The position numbers were made by a program, and so were the translations under genes. Below, piece by piece: positions 35,830-48,369 of a DNA stretch of 64,000 nucleotides. The notes under the pieces are model-generated. The model made no database searches. It was not told where the DNA came from and was given only the letters and a program-made list of their open reading frames with translations. The DNA comes from Schizochytrium sp. TIO01 (taxonomy: Eukaryota > Protista > Bigyra: Labyrinthulomycetes), in the NCBI GenBank assembly GCA_004764695.1, contig SMSO01000031.1, positions 5,122,436-5,186,435 of the forward strand. Direction: 5' to 3'. How positions within the stretch are numbered: the stretch's first letter is position 1; each line of letters opens with the position of its first letter.

Positions 35830-36850
35830 ATGAATTACCTACTAGATCAAGTTATTTTCTTGAAAAGCACATTCAGAACATATAACAACGAACCTCCCGT
35901 TTGGTCTCCAAACTGGTCGGGGACCCTGAAGTATTATAGCATGAGGCCGGGCTTCGAATTTGGGCAACATTTCAATGTCGAGGAGGACGGAGAGCTTGAA
36001 GGCGACCCTTGGACCAGCTCGCCACAAAATTAATTGGACAATGACTTTGGTCGTAACTAGCCATGCAGGCATGCCAGAAAGTTTCTGTTATGGCGTTGGA
36101 GGAGATCATTGCAGAGTGGATTCTAACTAGATGTGAGGCAGCTAGTAGCATATTAAAAACAAAAGAAAAACGTTTCCAGCAGAAACTTGCACACCGATAT
36201 TCAATGTTCCTTTTATGTATGCAACAGAGGAAGTCGCAGACAGTAATAAGTACCATATTTCCTATTTGCTCCAACTAAAGAGCGTCATTACAACAACCAA
36301 ACAACCAAGTTAAACAACAGGGTTCACGGCTAAATAAGAAAGAAGCTAAAGAAATACAATATAAGAAAGGCCGTCATTCTTACCATCAAATCGATGATAT
36401 TCATCGCTACCCTGAGGAGCACTACGTTGCTATTCCCGATCTTTCTGTGTCTGCCTCAATGCAGCCCAGTCCAGATCAGCATTCACGAGGTTAGTACCTC
36501 ACTCGTTCAGTTCGACGAGGCTTCGTATTTCTGCGTTGCTTTCATTAGTCAATTCTTACGTTGGTTCTACACTGCGTTTCATCTGGTCATCTGGCAATGC
36601 AAGGAATCTATGGCCCTCGAAGCACCCGTCGGCCACTACAGTAATTTATCGCAATGGCCTTCAACAGAAATTTAAAGAACCATTTTTTATCGAATACTTA
36701 TCAGTCAGCAGCGGCATTAGCAGCAAGGTGATGGCGTTACATGTCAGCTAAGAGAAGGTTTGTACAAGCATTCATATAGTACAGCTCCATTGAAGTCCAT
36801 GAAGCGGTCCCAGTGCTCATACGTAAATATGCTTCCTTACAAAACAAGAG
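35830..36850 (+). mobile_element. Decayed Ty1/copia fragment K (INT tail, RT, RNase H)
   Basis: 'NL.PFG' ~35891; 'RKFLLWRW' ~36076; 'TR(YK)A(R)LVA' ~36125-36149; 'DDI' 36392; RNase H 'EYLSVS' ~36692 and 'KH(I)' ~36766. Confidence 0.6.
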
Positions 36851-37019
36851 CAGGCTTTTATTATTATTATTATTATTATTATTTGTTATTAAAATTAAAA
36901 TTAAATTGAAAATTATGTTTTTAAAAATCAAATCAAAAGGGGTAAAGATTGCAGAAGACTTAGTTGTAATAGTAGGTAGGCACTAATATTCATCATATCA
37001 ATACATATTTATAAAGCCT

Positions 37020-39250
37020 CTCCGCTTCGATGAGTGGAGTTCATACCTTAGAACGCATAAACCAACTCGTTGAGCTTCTTAGGTCCAGGCAGAAAGAAAT
37101 ACTGGTCTATCAGCGATAGTTATAGGTCGGCTCTGAAGATTGACAAGGAAAGAGCTGTACGTACGCACGCCAAATTTGTAAGTCAAGAAGGGGTGTATTG
37201 TTGGAGTATCTAAATGTAGGCCGTGAAGGCCGGGCCCAAACTGTGGGGACTAAAGACGCCAAAGTTATGAAACCTAGTTGCTTCAATCCACAGAACTTTA
37301 CTCGCAGCGTACCCCCATTCCTTTTTTGACCGGTCCCTCGTTGTAAGGGAGCTAGTTAGTTATTTTTTTTCATTTGACGTGTATGGATGCTGGTGGTGGC
37401 TGTGGCGTTGGAAATGCGATTAGAGGCCACGGATAAATGGGGACGTTTGCAGGTTAATCATAGAAGAACAAAATGAGCTTGAACGGGCGTTTCTCTTGTT
37501 CAAGAAGGGTATAATAATTGTATTAACATGCCTCCAGATTGTCAACCCTCTCAACTGTATGACCTTGAGTATTTGAATGTTGTACTCTTGTAAAATTAAC
37601 GAGAAAGGCTATTTTAATTTAAAGTTAAAAAGGAAAAAACATTTGGAGAATACATAAGTGAGTAAAAAAGAAAAAAGGAACGGGAGAGTATTATAGTCAC
37701 TTTAGTTGATTACCTATCTTATATTTGAATATATACTATATAGAAATTATAAGGAATAGTAAGGAATAGTCAATAAAAGGTAAAGAGTGCTAGTAGATCA
37801 GGATAGTGGAGATATTTGGACCCGGCAATTTCGTTTGCAGCCTTTAGCATCTGTTGAAGGTGCGATTAAAAAAATTTATATTATACTTTTCATGGTACAT
37901 GGAGTATACCTTTTAAGCCAGAATTGCTGCAGATCATACTATTTTGGGATAACTGCTGTCCTTGAGGACGAGAAGGCCCCAAATAAGTGAATGATTGTGC
38001 CGAGATTGTTGGTGCAAGTAAAGAGAGAAAGCTAATTACATTAACCAATTTGTTGAAAAAAAAAAAAAAAAAAAACATATGAGAGAGTGATATGAGTTGA
38101 TGTATTTTGCTTCTTCAGGCAACGACCCTGACTTGTCAGGTGTTGATAAGCCGAGAAGAAATTCAAGGGGACTCGCTTTCATTCATTTGTTTGAATCGAG
38201 ATTCATTCAGTATATACATACACCCATATAGCCGCGGCCCACAACGAAGAATAAACATGGAACAGAGGGCACGCGAACTCCATTATTCTCCATAAATACA
38301 AATTATTATAAAAATAAAGGGAAGTGAGCACAAGGGGAAAAAGTGAATGCAGGCACAAAGATAACTAGCTAGAATGATTAAAGTGAATGGAGTGAGGTGG
38401 GGGCATTTTTTGATAATCAGCAGGTAAAGTTCATAACCTCTATCATATATTGCTTATTTACTGCGAATTTTCTTTATCGATCAGTTTGGAGGCTTCAAGC
38501 ATCCCCTACAAATAGTTATAGACAAATATTCTATGTTTCAAGCACTGTCACTGCAGAAGTAAAGAAAAGGAACACACCAAACTCAGTTCAAATTTAGAAA
38601 CAATAAAGTGTTGAGCAGACTAACCGACAGATCATCCCTGATTTAATATGTTATTGCTGCTCTTCCCGAAAAAACCTACATCGTCAATACTGCTTACTAC
38701 CTAGGTATCGTAAACAGTTTGCAGCCAATTTAAAAAAAAGCAATCACATTAAATCTCTCAAAATAGCCAATACTTGACCTCTACTATACTGGAAACCAAT
38801 TTGTTGATTGGGGTAAGATCTGCTCACTGATCAACGGAAAACATAACAAATTAAGTGCACAAAATATTATCGATACCAATGACACCAAGCGAGTAGGTGT
38901 AGCTAACAACAAAATACGCAGTGGTTACTTTTCTTATGATAATGTCCTTTGTATTATTCTGTATTTAAAAGAACATATCACAATTACACCATCCAAGACC
39001 GGCACGCAAAATGCCTTGCGTATTGGGGGCGATACGAGGCATGCCCGGTGCCTGGTGCCGTGCTTGTAAAATATCCCCACTTATTTTTGATGAGGTATTA
39101 AGGAATGTGTAATATATATGATGGTTTTCCTCATGACCTTACAATTTTCTTTAAAAGCGATTTTGAAGTTGAGTAGAGTTGCGGGCAGTAGAGGATTTAG
39201 CTACCAATGAAACTGAAAAGCAAAGATACCATTCCTTGCAAATTCCAGTC
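37020..39250 (+). mobile_element. Decayed Ty1/copia fossil L
   Basis: gag 'FDEWSSYL' ~37026; knuckle '(C)WKC...GH....C' ~37406-37450; INT 'VLVDQDSGDIW' 37787; RT 'LYRSVW(G)L(K)Q.P' ~38472 and 'YYLGI' 38695-38709; RNase H 'WG.D....R..G' ~39024. Confidence 0.65.
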
Positions 39251-39299
39251 TAGCCGTCCCCTGGGCCTGAAGTCTGAGTGACCGACCTGTAAGTGCGAT

Positions 39300-40150
39300 T
39301 TTAAAGTAGGCTATCAAGTCTTAACGTTTTCCAGGCTAGCTAAATATTGATATGAGCTTTGAAATCTTGTTAGTAGCCAGCCATTGAAGGCTTTTCAGCC
39401 ATATAGCCTCAAATGAAGGCTTGAGGATGACGGAAAAAGTTAATTCAAACTTCCCCGGTAAAAGTCAAACTTGCAAGAATTATGAATTTTGGAAATGCGT
39501 TAAATTTCACTGCTATGCAGAAGTAATTGCAAGATGAAGATAACGCATTTTAATGCAATTTTCCTGCTGTTAAGAAAAAAAGAGAAGCTATATCATGTGT
39601 AAGTATGCTAAAATTCGCCATGCACGTTACAAAGAGGGGCATTAGTATTGTGTCATGTGCGTGCGTATCAGCCACTCGAAACTGAGGCTCTATCAATCCG
39701 AGGTACCGCAATAAGATAAAACCATGAAAGGCACAAGAGGGAAAAGTGAACGAAATATGTAGATCTCCTACTCAACACTGCCAACGGTGTGCTTTCAAAC
39801 CTAGAGCCGGGTGGCCACGCGTTTAATTAGTTTTGTTTGAGCCATTTGACGCCATGCATGACCAAGAAATTAGCTTCTAGTGTCATCAACCGTGTCATTT
39901 TATATGAGCGTTTTGTTAAAAAAATGCCTAGGTAGCAAAACTCAATCCTGCTGCTCTTTTCCATTGACCTCAGATTGAACCGTCGAGTCTCGAGGCTGCT
40001 TTTCTGCTTCAGCATTCTGTCTTTAGTAGGAGTTAAGTGCCAATGTTTCATGGGCCATCGTAAGCCGCCATCTGCTGACCTCTCGAGTAATCCGTTCATG
40101 GCATCCGCCGGGTCAAAATCCAGACTGGTGGTGTTCTCTGTATGAGCGAA
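39300..40150 (+). mobile_element. Decayed Ty1/copia fragment M (RT, RNase H)
   Basis: 'LP.G' ~39450; 'DEDNAF' 39534; 'EKLY' ~39582; 'LKFAMH(G)TK' ~39608; 'LVG.S(DA)SWA' ~40023-40055; 'P.(S)W.S..Q' ~40092-40116. Confidence 0.65.
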
Positions 40151-41459
40151 AAAAATAAAACAAATGCTAAAGAGAAGGACACATTTTTTCCCTCCTTCTT
40201 CTACTTCTTGTCCTCCTCCTCCTCTTTTTAAAATAAAAAATAAAATTAAATAATCGAAGATTAAAACTTTTAAAACTACTTAGATTAAAAAAGGAATGAA
40301 AAGGAAAAAGCAAGGAATGGAGAGGCAGCATTAAAGCGCTTTTAAGCCCAAGTGAGAACCGACTTTGTAGGTTAGCAGGTAGGTAAGGCAGTACCAGCAG
40401 TATCTAGCTAGTACTTTTCTGGCCTGTTTCGAATGAAACGAAGAGAAACATTTGAAGAAAGGACGAGTGAGTAACTTACAACTCACTGGTGTCCATTGCT
40501 CCGGCTACCCTGCGGAACTGGTTTGCTTTGCGTTGTAGCAGGCCACAATTACGAAGCTGATGGAGATGATGACGATGCCGTCGCATTAGAAAAAGAGGAA
40601 TATTCTGCAGCCTACCTCGACAGGCTCTCAGAAAATGGCATTATCGTAGATGTCGCCACGGAGGTGCAGGCATTTGCACTATTTACTATTTCTTTACCTT
40701 GTTTGTTCACCCGTTTGGTGCCCTCCAGAAATAGCGTTCGAGCAGGAATATTCATGGTGATTGAAGGCTTAAAAGGAAGTGTTCTGCGGCTTTACCTCAA
40801 ACGAAGAGGCGGAAACCTTCGACGGCTCTTGCTTCGGTCGAGTTCAACGATCTATCGATCAATGAAGCAATCAATGAAGCAATCAATGCACCAATCGACC
40901 AATACGAAATAACTTGTGGTGCGTGGCTTTCGGCTCTGAGCGGGCGATCGGCTCATCGCCACTGCAGACTGAGAGACTCGATTCGTGGACATGCAGTCAG
41001 TCACTAAAATATGGGCACCATGCATCGGTTTCGCACATCCGTTCGTTCCCAACAGAAATGGACTCGAATGAGCTGCCGTGAAATGTTGGCGTGCGCCAAA
41101 GTAGCCGTGCGCCATTATCACCGCAGCAGGCAGTCTATCTCATCCTTTGCGTGTGCGCCATGCATCCAAGCAGCAATGCACCCGTGCAGGCACGCAGGCA
41201 GGCAGGCGACCAGCTCGGGGCTCTTTCCTGAGCCTATGTCGTGCGAGTGTCTTCAATTCCTTCGTCAGCTCCAACACTGTGCTCTATGGTCCCGACTGCC
41301 TCGGCACGATTGAAAGAAAGGCTGACGATGGTCGGTAGCAGTGGCTAAGGCGCTGCTAGCATCCGTCCACTTTCCTGCACTCTGGTCTATAGAAGAAAGA
41401 GACCATTGAAGAAACTGTTGAAGCATCAATCAATCAACGAACGAAGCAACAAACTGTGG

Positions 41460-41538
41460 ATGAATGCATGAATGAATAAATGAATGAATGAATGAATGAA
41501 TGAATGAATGAATGAATGAATAAATGAATAAATGAATG
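41460..41538 (+). repeat. (GAAT)n microsatellite
   Basis: Directly visible, imperfect. Confidence 0.9.
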
Positions 41539-42325
41539 GTGAAAGAGAGTTAATTGATCAATAGGTAGATCGAGAAGTGCATTGAGCGCAGGATATTTAT
41601 TATCAAAAGCAAAAAAAGCCCACACGTGCCTGGAGAAGCCTGGGTTTGTTTGCGTGCACTCGGCTTTGCACGTTCATGAACACTGGCGAAGGGCTTTTTA
41701 ATAAGCTGCAGCAGCGTGAATCCTATCTACCTGCTACGAAGGCTCAAGGGCTGTCGATAACTTGACTTGGCTCAAGGCAATGGCGGCTTTTCGCAAGGCA
41801 ACGATAACGTCGAATGATAATAATAACAAGAAAGCAAAGCCTGCAATCTTGCGTGCACTTGGTACTACATGAAGACTGCTTTCGGGTTGGTTTTCACAAA
41901 ATTGGGCAGCTTATTTGGGCGCAACATAAGAGCTCATGCAGGCACAGCTCCGGCGAATCGTCTTAATTGTAAAACATTTTTAGCCTTCCTCATTGTTGTT
42001 CTCTATTCTTTTGGCCTTTTCACATAAACAATCATTAACAATCATTATCTGTAAAATAAGTATATTTTACCAAATGAAAACTTTAAAGAGAAAAACATCA
42101 TTATATATATTACATTGCCTTTATTTCAAAATAAAAATATATTCCAAAGCCTAACTGAATCGAGAGGAATATTTTTCGCATTTTTATAGTACAATCAGTC
42201 AACAATCCGAGAGAAGAAACAGTCGATCTTCAGGAAAGGAAGCCGACGATTGAACAAAGGAGAATGAGCAATTCAACCAAAACCACACTTTCTTTCAGAC
42301 TTCAAAGAAAAAGCGTTTGAGCTGC

Positions 42326-42361
42326 TCAGTCAGTCAGTCAGTCAGTCAGTCAGTCAGTCAG
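42326..42361 (+). repeat. (TCAG)n microsatellite
   Basis: Directly visible. Confidence 0.9.
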
Positions 42362-43129
42362 GCTGTTAAAGTTGCGCAATACCAGAGGGGAAAAAAGAAA
42401 GAGAAACGCAAACATTTCGCTTTCTGCTTGTTTCCGCTTTAGACCCCTGTCAAGTCAAGTTGCCGCAGCTTTCTTTCGCCTCGAAAGGGGTCTTTGGCCA
42501 ACGCTGAAGGCTGAGTACGTGAGGCTCATTGGGTTTCCATCGCGAGAGAAGCGACCAACTGCCCAGAGCGAGGAGGCCAGTTCAAGTCAAGACACGCATG
42601 CATATGCGTGCTGTTCTGAGCAGCAACTTCTTTATTTAATTAGAGAGAGATTTGACCGATTCTTCTTTGATCGATTCACTCTTTTTCCCTTCGTATCTGT
42701 GCGAAGAAGTCGTCGCTCGATCTCATGGACGTTCATTAACTAACTTGAAGAGACGAAAGGGTTCATTTCACTTCACAAGAGAGAGTTCTCCTCTTCACTG
42801 CCTGAGGGGGCATGTGGTTGATTTGCGACGAACGCGAAGCTTGGAAAGAGGCTCAATAGGCGGTGATAAATAAGCACGAAGGAATACCTGAGTGCTGCTA
42901 TTTCTACTCTAGCTAGATTGCGCAGGTATCGCAAACTATGCACATGGTGCGGCGAAATGGGATCTTCCTTTTCTTTTGCAGTTCGTTTACTCATCGATTG
43001 CATTGAAGGTATGAAAAGAGTGTATATTCTGTTAAACTCATACAGAACAGAACACGGACCCTTTTCTCCTCATAAAATAATAGAAACGAGCGCAGGTTTA
43101 TATTATGCGCATATGGTAATTTAGATTAA

Positions 43130-45340
43130 CTTCATAATCAATTGAGCGGTTTTGTGGACGAGTCTCTGCTCTGCATCTGATCATCGCGAACTTTGTTTGT
43201 TTTGCGGTCATTTCCCGTGAGCTTTCCAGGTTCCCATGCCATGCATGCGATAGGCGAGCTGCTTATCTTAAGATAACGAAGCCATTGAGAAGAGTCATGC
43301 TGCAATGGCACTTTGCACGAAGGTCTGAAGAAGCTAGAGTGCTCCACGCCTGCGTATTGTATTCTGCATTTTGGAAAAACAGGTTGCCCATATCCATCGC
43401 GCAGTTCTGCTACATACATAAGTTTAATTAAAGAAAATAAAAATTCTTTTCTTTTCTTTTTCTTCGAAAGAGATGTTCGACAAACAAGAAAGAAATCATG
43501 AAATGAATTCTAGGTAGATACAATAAAGAAAGGGCAACGCACTACACAAAGATTGAAGGGAAGGGAATCTACGAGTAGTCCACACAGAGCTTCCTACAGG
43601 GCACTCTTCCTTCCTAATTGTTTCCTTCCGGCGCCGCTTCGGGGCGAGTCCGAGGTCGTCTCGATCAATCTGTTCATCGTCTTGCTGCACAGGGCCAATT
43701 TTTACGCAGCGGGTTTTCAAGGAAATTAGAGACCGGAACCATCATTGCAGGTGAACAAAGAAAGAATGGCGAGGCATTTTAATAGTAATGCTCGTTCGCT
43801 TGCTTGCTTGCTCGTTGTAATAATGCGCACTGATGAGAAATAAAAAATTAAAAAGGACGAGACCAAAAAAATATGCATGAAAATGCAAAACACACGAAGT
43901 CAAGGGTAATCTCTTCTTTGGCTGGCTGACTCAATGACCTCGTGGCCGCGAAAGAGATAGAAGAATTGGTCAGAAAGAGTCTACCACAGAGATCATACGA
44001 TATTCTGACTCGGCTTTGTGAGAAGAACCACTAATTGATTTAATCAAAAAAAAATATGTAGATAATGAAAAAGTGGAAAGTGTGATTAATATTTAAAAAA
44101 AGAAAGAAAAAAGAAACATTCTTAAAAAGTACGGATGGGTGAGTGAAATGTGGTTTGTAAGTTAATACACGACCTTGGAACTTACTCTGATAAATCAATA
44201 TTTTATAACATAGAAAATGTAAATCTCCATCTCCATCAAACTATTTTCCTAAAGGAAGAAAAAGAAAAAACAAAGCAGTAAAGCAAGCAATTTGTTAAGG
44301 CCTGGTAGCACTTCTATAGTCGCGTGAGATGATCGATGGTGATGGTAATGCGAATAGTAAACAGCTTACTTACATAATAGATATCTATAGGTACCTCTAC
44401 ATTCTCTTTTCGACCACAGTGGGGGGGAACTCTAGGCCCAACTACAGCTAGCTAGATAGTTCTATATACAATCGTTACCGTCGCCACAACGACTCGTAGT
44501 AGTAAAAGCACAAGGCGTGCGCCTTCCCTTTCCAAATTTTCCATGCTCTCATACTCTTTGGAAGAAACGAGGAGGCTGTTGCAAGCGGACCCGGAGGCAG
44601 ACTGTTAAAAGAAAAAGGCTTTCACCTGAAAGAAAAAGAGTTTCGTAGTTCTTTAAAAATTAAACCAAAGGAGAAAAAAAAAAATCAGTTTTAAAACAAT
44701 TCAAACAAAGACTTTTTCTGTTGTTTTTAAAGTTGAAATGGATGTTTTGCTCCAAAAAAGGGCATACACATTCATATATTCTTTCTTAAAGCGAATAGCT
44801 GCGCCTACACTCGATGAGAAAGGTGAGTTTTGTTTGCTACGCATCACACACGAAAATTATCCTTTAAAGAGAAAAGTGAAAAAGAGTAAGAGAAAATACA
44901 AATAAAATGAATGAGCTCTCACAAAACACTTAGAAGAAGCTGACGAGCTCTGCTTTCGCGTCGGCGGGGGCGACCGGCGTGAAGCATGACCAGTTACGTT
45001 GTTTGTTTCTTACGCAGATATTACAACAACTCGCTACAGATGTCTAGCGTCATCCAGGAGGTCTTATTGACTCGCTCACCAGCGATCGCTTTCCTCTTCT
45101 TGCGAGACTGAATACGTGAACAGACTGATTCAAGCACAATGTCTAGCTAGCTTGTAAAGAGTTAGACTTACATTATTACGAGGGCGAGAGGAACATCATA
45201 CTGCAGTTCGAATGAAAGCGAGAGAACGTGGAGATAGGTCACTCAGGTTGAGACCTTGAATAAGGCTTCTTTTCTTTGTCTTTTTGTTTCATTGAGCGTA
45301 GCTGGCGATTCAACAAAAAGATGTTTTTGTACATTTATTT
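43130..45340 (+). mobile_element. Decayed Ty1/copia fossil O
   Basis: gag 'AIGE' ~43247 and 'EGL' ~43319; INT 'VH....GPI' ~43672-43700; RT 'PG..SI..(RW)' ~44302, 'DGN' 44341, 'YIQ.LP' ~44464; RNase H 'D...FA.......MT(G)YVV' ~44942-45003 and 'AD..(T)K' ~45304. Confidence 0.6.
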
Positions 45341-45699
45341 GTATGCACGACGTCGTTTGAGGGCATTTTTCATTAACAAGTTCCGGCCCGTTCCTGCGAG
45401 ATATAAAATTTGTTACTTTTCGGGGGGCAATAGCTTAATATTGTTTTTTAAAAAAGTTTTCTTTTCTTTTATTACTTTCAGGCGGGTATCAGTTTTTTCT
45501 TTCTTTTTGCTCCCAAGCTTACCCTTTTAAAATTAATCATTATCGTTTGAAATATAAATTTGCACTTATACTTAAAAGCCTTCTTTGTAAAAAATAAAAC
45601 TTAAACTAAAAAAATGAAAATAAGATGAAATGAAAATAAGATGAAAAGATTTTAAGAATTGTGATGGCTGATTGAGCGATCATAGTAAATTATTATGTA

Positions 45700-48200
45700 C
45701 CTAGTACGCAGGCAGCGATTCGAAAAGTTTTCAGGGCACCTTAGTGATTTGTTATCTTGTACTAGGCAAACAATCGGGGCCAAGAGAGTTGGAAGTACGC
45801 AAGTGTAGGTAGAGGAAGAATAGCTGAGATGATGAGAACAAACTCGTGTCTTTTAAAGCTCTCGATCGGTCAGCCTTATAGACAGATATACCCTCTCATC
45901 AATGGACTTTTGAGATACTGATCATCCACAGATGCGAGGATACCGAGTCGCCAAAGCTAAGCAGAAGACCACCATCAAACAAATCAAGGAGCCGACGCTT
46001 AGGTGCGGAGGCGGATCGCCGCGCGAAGGAAATAGACGCACGAACGGAAGCTTTTATTTATCTCTAAGCTGCCCGTAAGCTCCAAAGGCTTCCTGCAGTA
46101 TGTATTATTTGCATGGACGATTGAAGGAACGCCATCTCCATAGGAAGCTTGGTTTATTCCAGCCGCTTGCAGCTGTAGCTAGTTCACGATCTGCCTACAG
46201 CTTGTTTATAGAAGGCTGAGGGCATCATAGTAAGAAGGTAATTGTGAAACGGGCGTGCGTTGAGGCTGGTTAGTGTGGTCAAAGAAAGAACACACCACCA
46301 TGGTGACCTGGAATGAGGCCTAATAAGCAAGCCCCTGTGCGAGGCTTACGGGTAAGCTCCATCTCGGGTAAACTCGCGAAATTAAAGAAGAAGTCGTAGC
46401 GGCTGTAAATCTTTCTTGCGTGGAGACCCAGCGCAGCATTTTTCTGAACGCCTCTTGCCTTGGTATATATAATTAGAAGATCTATAATCACTCCAGACGA
46501 GCAGATGAGCAGGCTGCGCAACTTCGTTTATTTCACCCTAGTAGGTACTTATTATCTTACATATGTAGAATTGAAAATTAAAGTAAAAGCCAAAAGATTT
46601 TGCTGATTTCCTCTTTCCTTTGTTTGACACGGTTTTAGCTACGAGTAGTAAAGGTGTAGGTCGTAGCGAAACGCTAGCTAGCTATAGAAACTGCTTGGAC
46701 GGGAAAAGATAAGTTGGTCGAGACTGTCCCCCTCCCAAAAGCGTGGGCAATCTCGCGGTGACTAGTTCATAATGATCAGCGCTGCAGTAATTGTACTAGT
46801 TTACACCAGAGCGGAACAGAAGAGATGGAATAATTGGACGGAGAAATGTAGCCTTGCTATGCACTAGATCAGCTGCAAGGACTGTATTTTTTTATTTTTG
46901 TTTGTTTGAAAGCATGCTTTCAGAGGTAGCAATTCGGCAATTTTTGTAACAGACATCTCCGTGAACAGAGTGTCGCAAGCAAAAATCCTCGTTAATTCAA
47001 CGTTAGAGACTAGCGCGTGGTAGCACTGACTATTGAAGCGGTGACTTCAACTCTCAACTGAAGGTTTCGAAGAAAAAAGCAAAGAGCAAAAAATCTTGTA
47101 ACAAGCAAGTGAAGACTTTTCTTGTACCAGCTATCTCCCTAGCCATATTCGCTTCTTAGAAATCAGAAAGAAAAAGTACATTCTGAGCTTTCCGAGGACC
47201 GGTGGGTGTTCTCTTGAACCTCTAGCGTGTACAGATGTGACATGCCTAAACAAACTATCATTGAACTCACTCTAGACACAACATGAAGCAGCAGCTTTTG
47301 TTGCAAAGTTTCTCTTAATACATGAAACCTGCCGAGACCAGATAGAAATAATGATAGCTCTGGTGAAGCATTAAACTGCCAACAAGCCACGCATGGCTTG
47401 ATCCTAACAACTATTTCTCGCTGAGTCTGTAGCACACGGTGAGAATGACTGGCTAGTACCATGGCTAGGATTGTTAGTGAGCAGTATTACGAAGAGAAGA
47501 AGACGCTTTGAAAAGGGATTTTGGAGGCTCGTCTCATCTAAATTTAAAGCCATGCTGGCATTCAAAGTCCGACGCTCGCGTGTTTGGGCATGATTCTAAC
47601 GATAGGTCGAGAATACATTGGTAGCCATGAACTCTCTACGCTTCTACTCCTCGGTTGAGAACCAGAGATACGGCCGGTCAAACGCTTGCCTGAGTGAAGA
47701 GTTCCTAGAGTTGACATATTTGCGTCATACTTTGCGAAAGGGTGTCTCTCGTCGGGTCTTCGACATCACACTTGATAGATGCACAAGATGGGCGACGGAA
47801 GTGAGACAATGAAATAAATATCCTTATTAAGAGGAAGAGGAAGAGGAAGACGAAGAAGAAGAAGATCTTTGGTGCTATTTGTTGAAGCTTGGGTAGCTTG
47901 CCGGCAAGACTTCTCTGTATCAATGTAGGTATGTTTCGTATGTAATTCGTCAATTAAAGCGCTAAGGGAGTGAGTGATACCGACGAGGTGCTGTTTCATC
48001 TGCAATGTAATAATTTAATTTTCAGACAAAGCACACGACATTAGACACAAAACAATTACCAAAAAAGGTCACCCACTAAGCAGAGAAATGTTGACAGCTG
48101 GTGGCGATGATCTTGCTGTTTGAATAGGTCAAGCGATTGGCACGCATCAAGAGGGCCTTGCCGCCATGCGCTTGTCTCCTATCGGCAGCAAAGTAAGATT
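45700..48200 (+). mobile_element. Decayed Ty1/copia fossil P
   Basis: Knuckle 'CIIC' ~46101; PR 'AWFI..ACS' 46147 and 'VPGMRPN' ~46303; INT 'TVP..P...G' ~46723; RT 'RWVF' 47200, 'DVT..LN' 47234, 'DP.LF' ~47400. Confidence 0.6.
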
Positions 48201-48369
48201 CTTGACTTGTGCTCTCATTCATTTTAATTTTTCATTTTAGTTTATTTAAAATTAGTATTTATTATTTATAAGTCTTAAGAAAAGAAGATGAAAAAGAAAA
48301 TAGAGTTTTGACAGCTTTCAAGATAAATCAAGTTCCTTCTTCAACTCCTCTCAAGGCACCTTTCCGACT

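Larger units (their letters stand above)
40450..43120 (+). mobile_element. Decayed Ty1/copia fossil N
   Basis: gag 'SN(Y)..W......L..GLLCVVAG' 40470-40543 (ORF 40496-40912 is gag, including 'QAFALFTISL'); INT 'CAPCIQAAMH' 41152; RT 'VAAAF' ~42458 and 'RERFD' ~42642; RNase H 'DFA......S.GG' ~42820-42864. Confidence 0.65.

Noticed and set aside
11121-36120. Recurring ATYATTGCRGAGT ('IIAE[FYW]') at ~11130, ~27277 and ~36105
   Set aside because: The three sites fall in non-homologous copia regions (gag, INT, RT), and matches of this size are expected by chance.
38328-39750. 18/20 direct repeat GCACAAG.GG.AAAAGTGAA as LTRs
   Set aside because: Similarity does not extend, there are no TG..CA ends, and both copies lie inside RT remnants.
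39827-40150. Minus-strand 'NGKE...EFCYLGIFL' resembling a LINE RT end
   Set aside because: No YADD motif; the + strand reads as copia RT/RNase H (DEDNAF, SWA, W.S..Q) in the right order.
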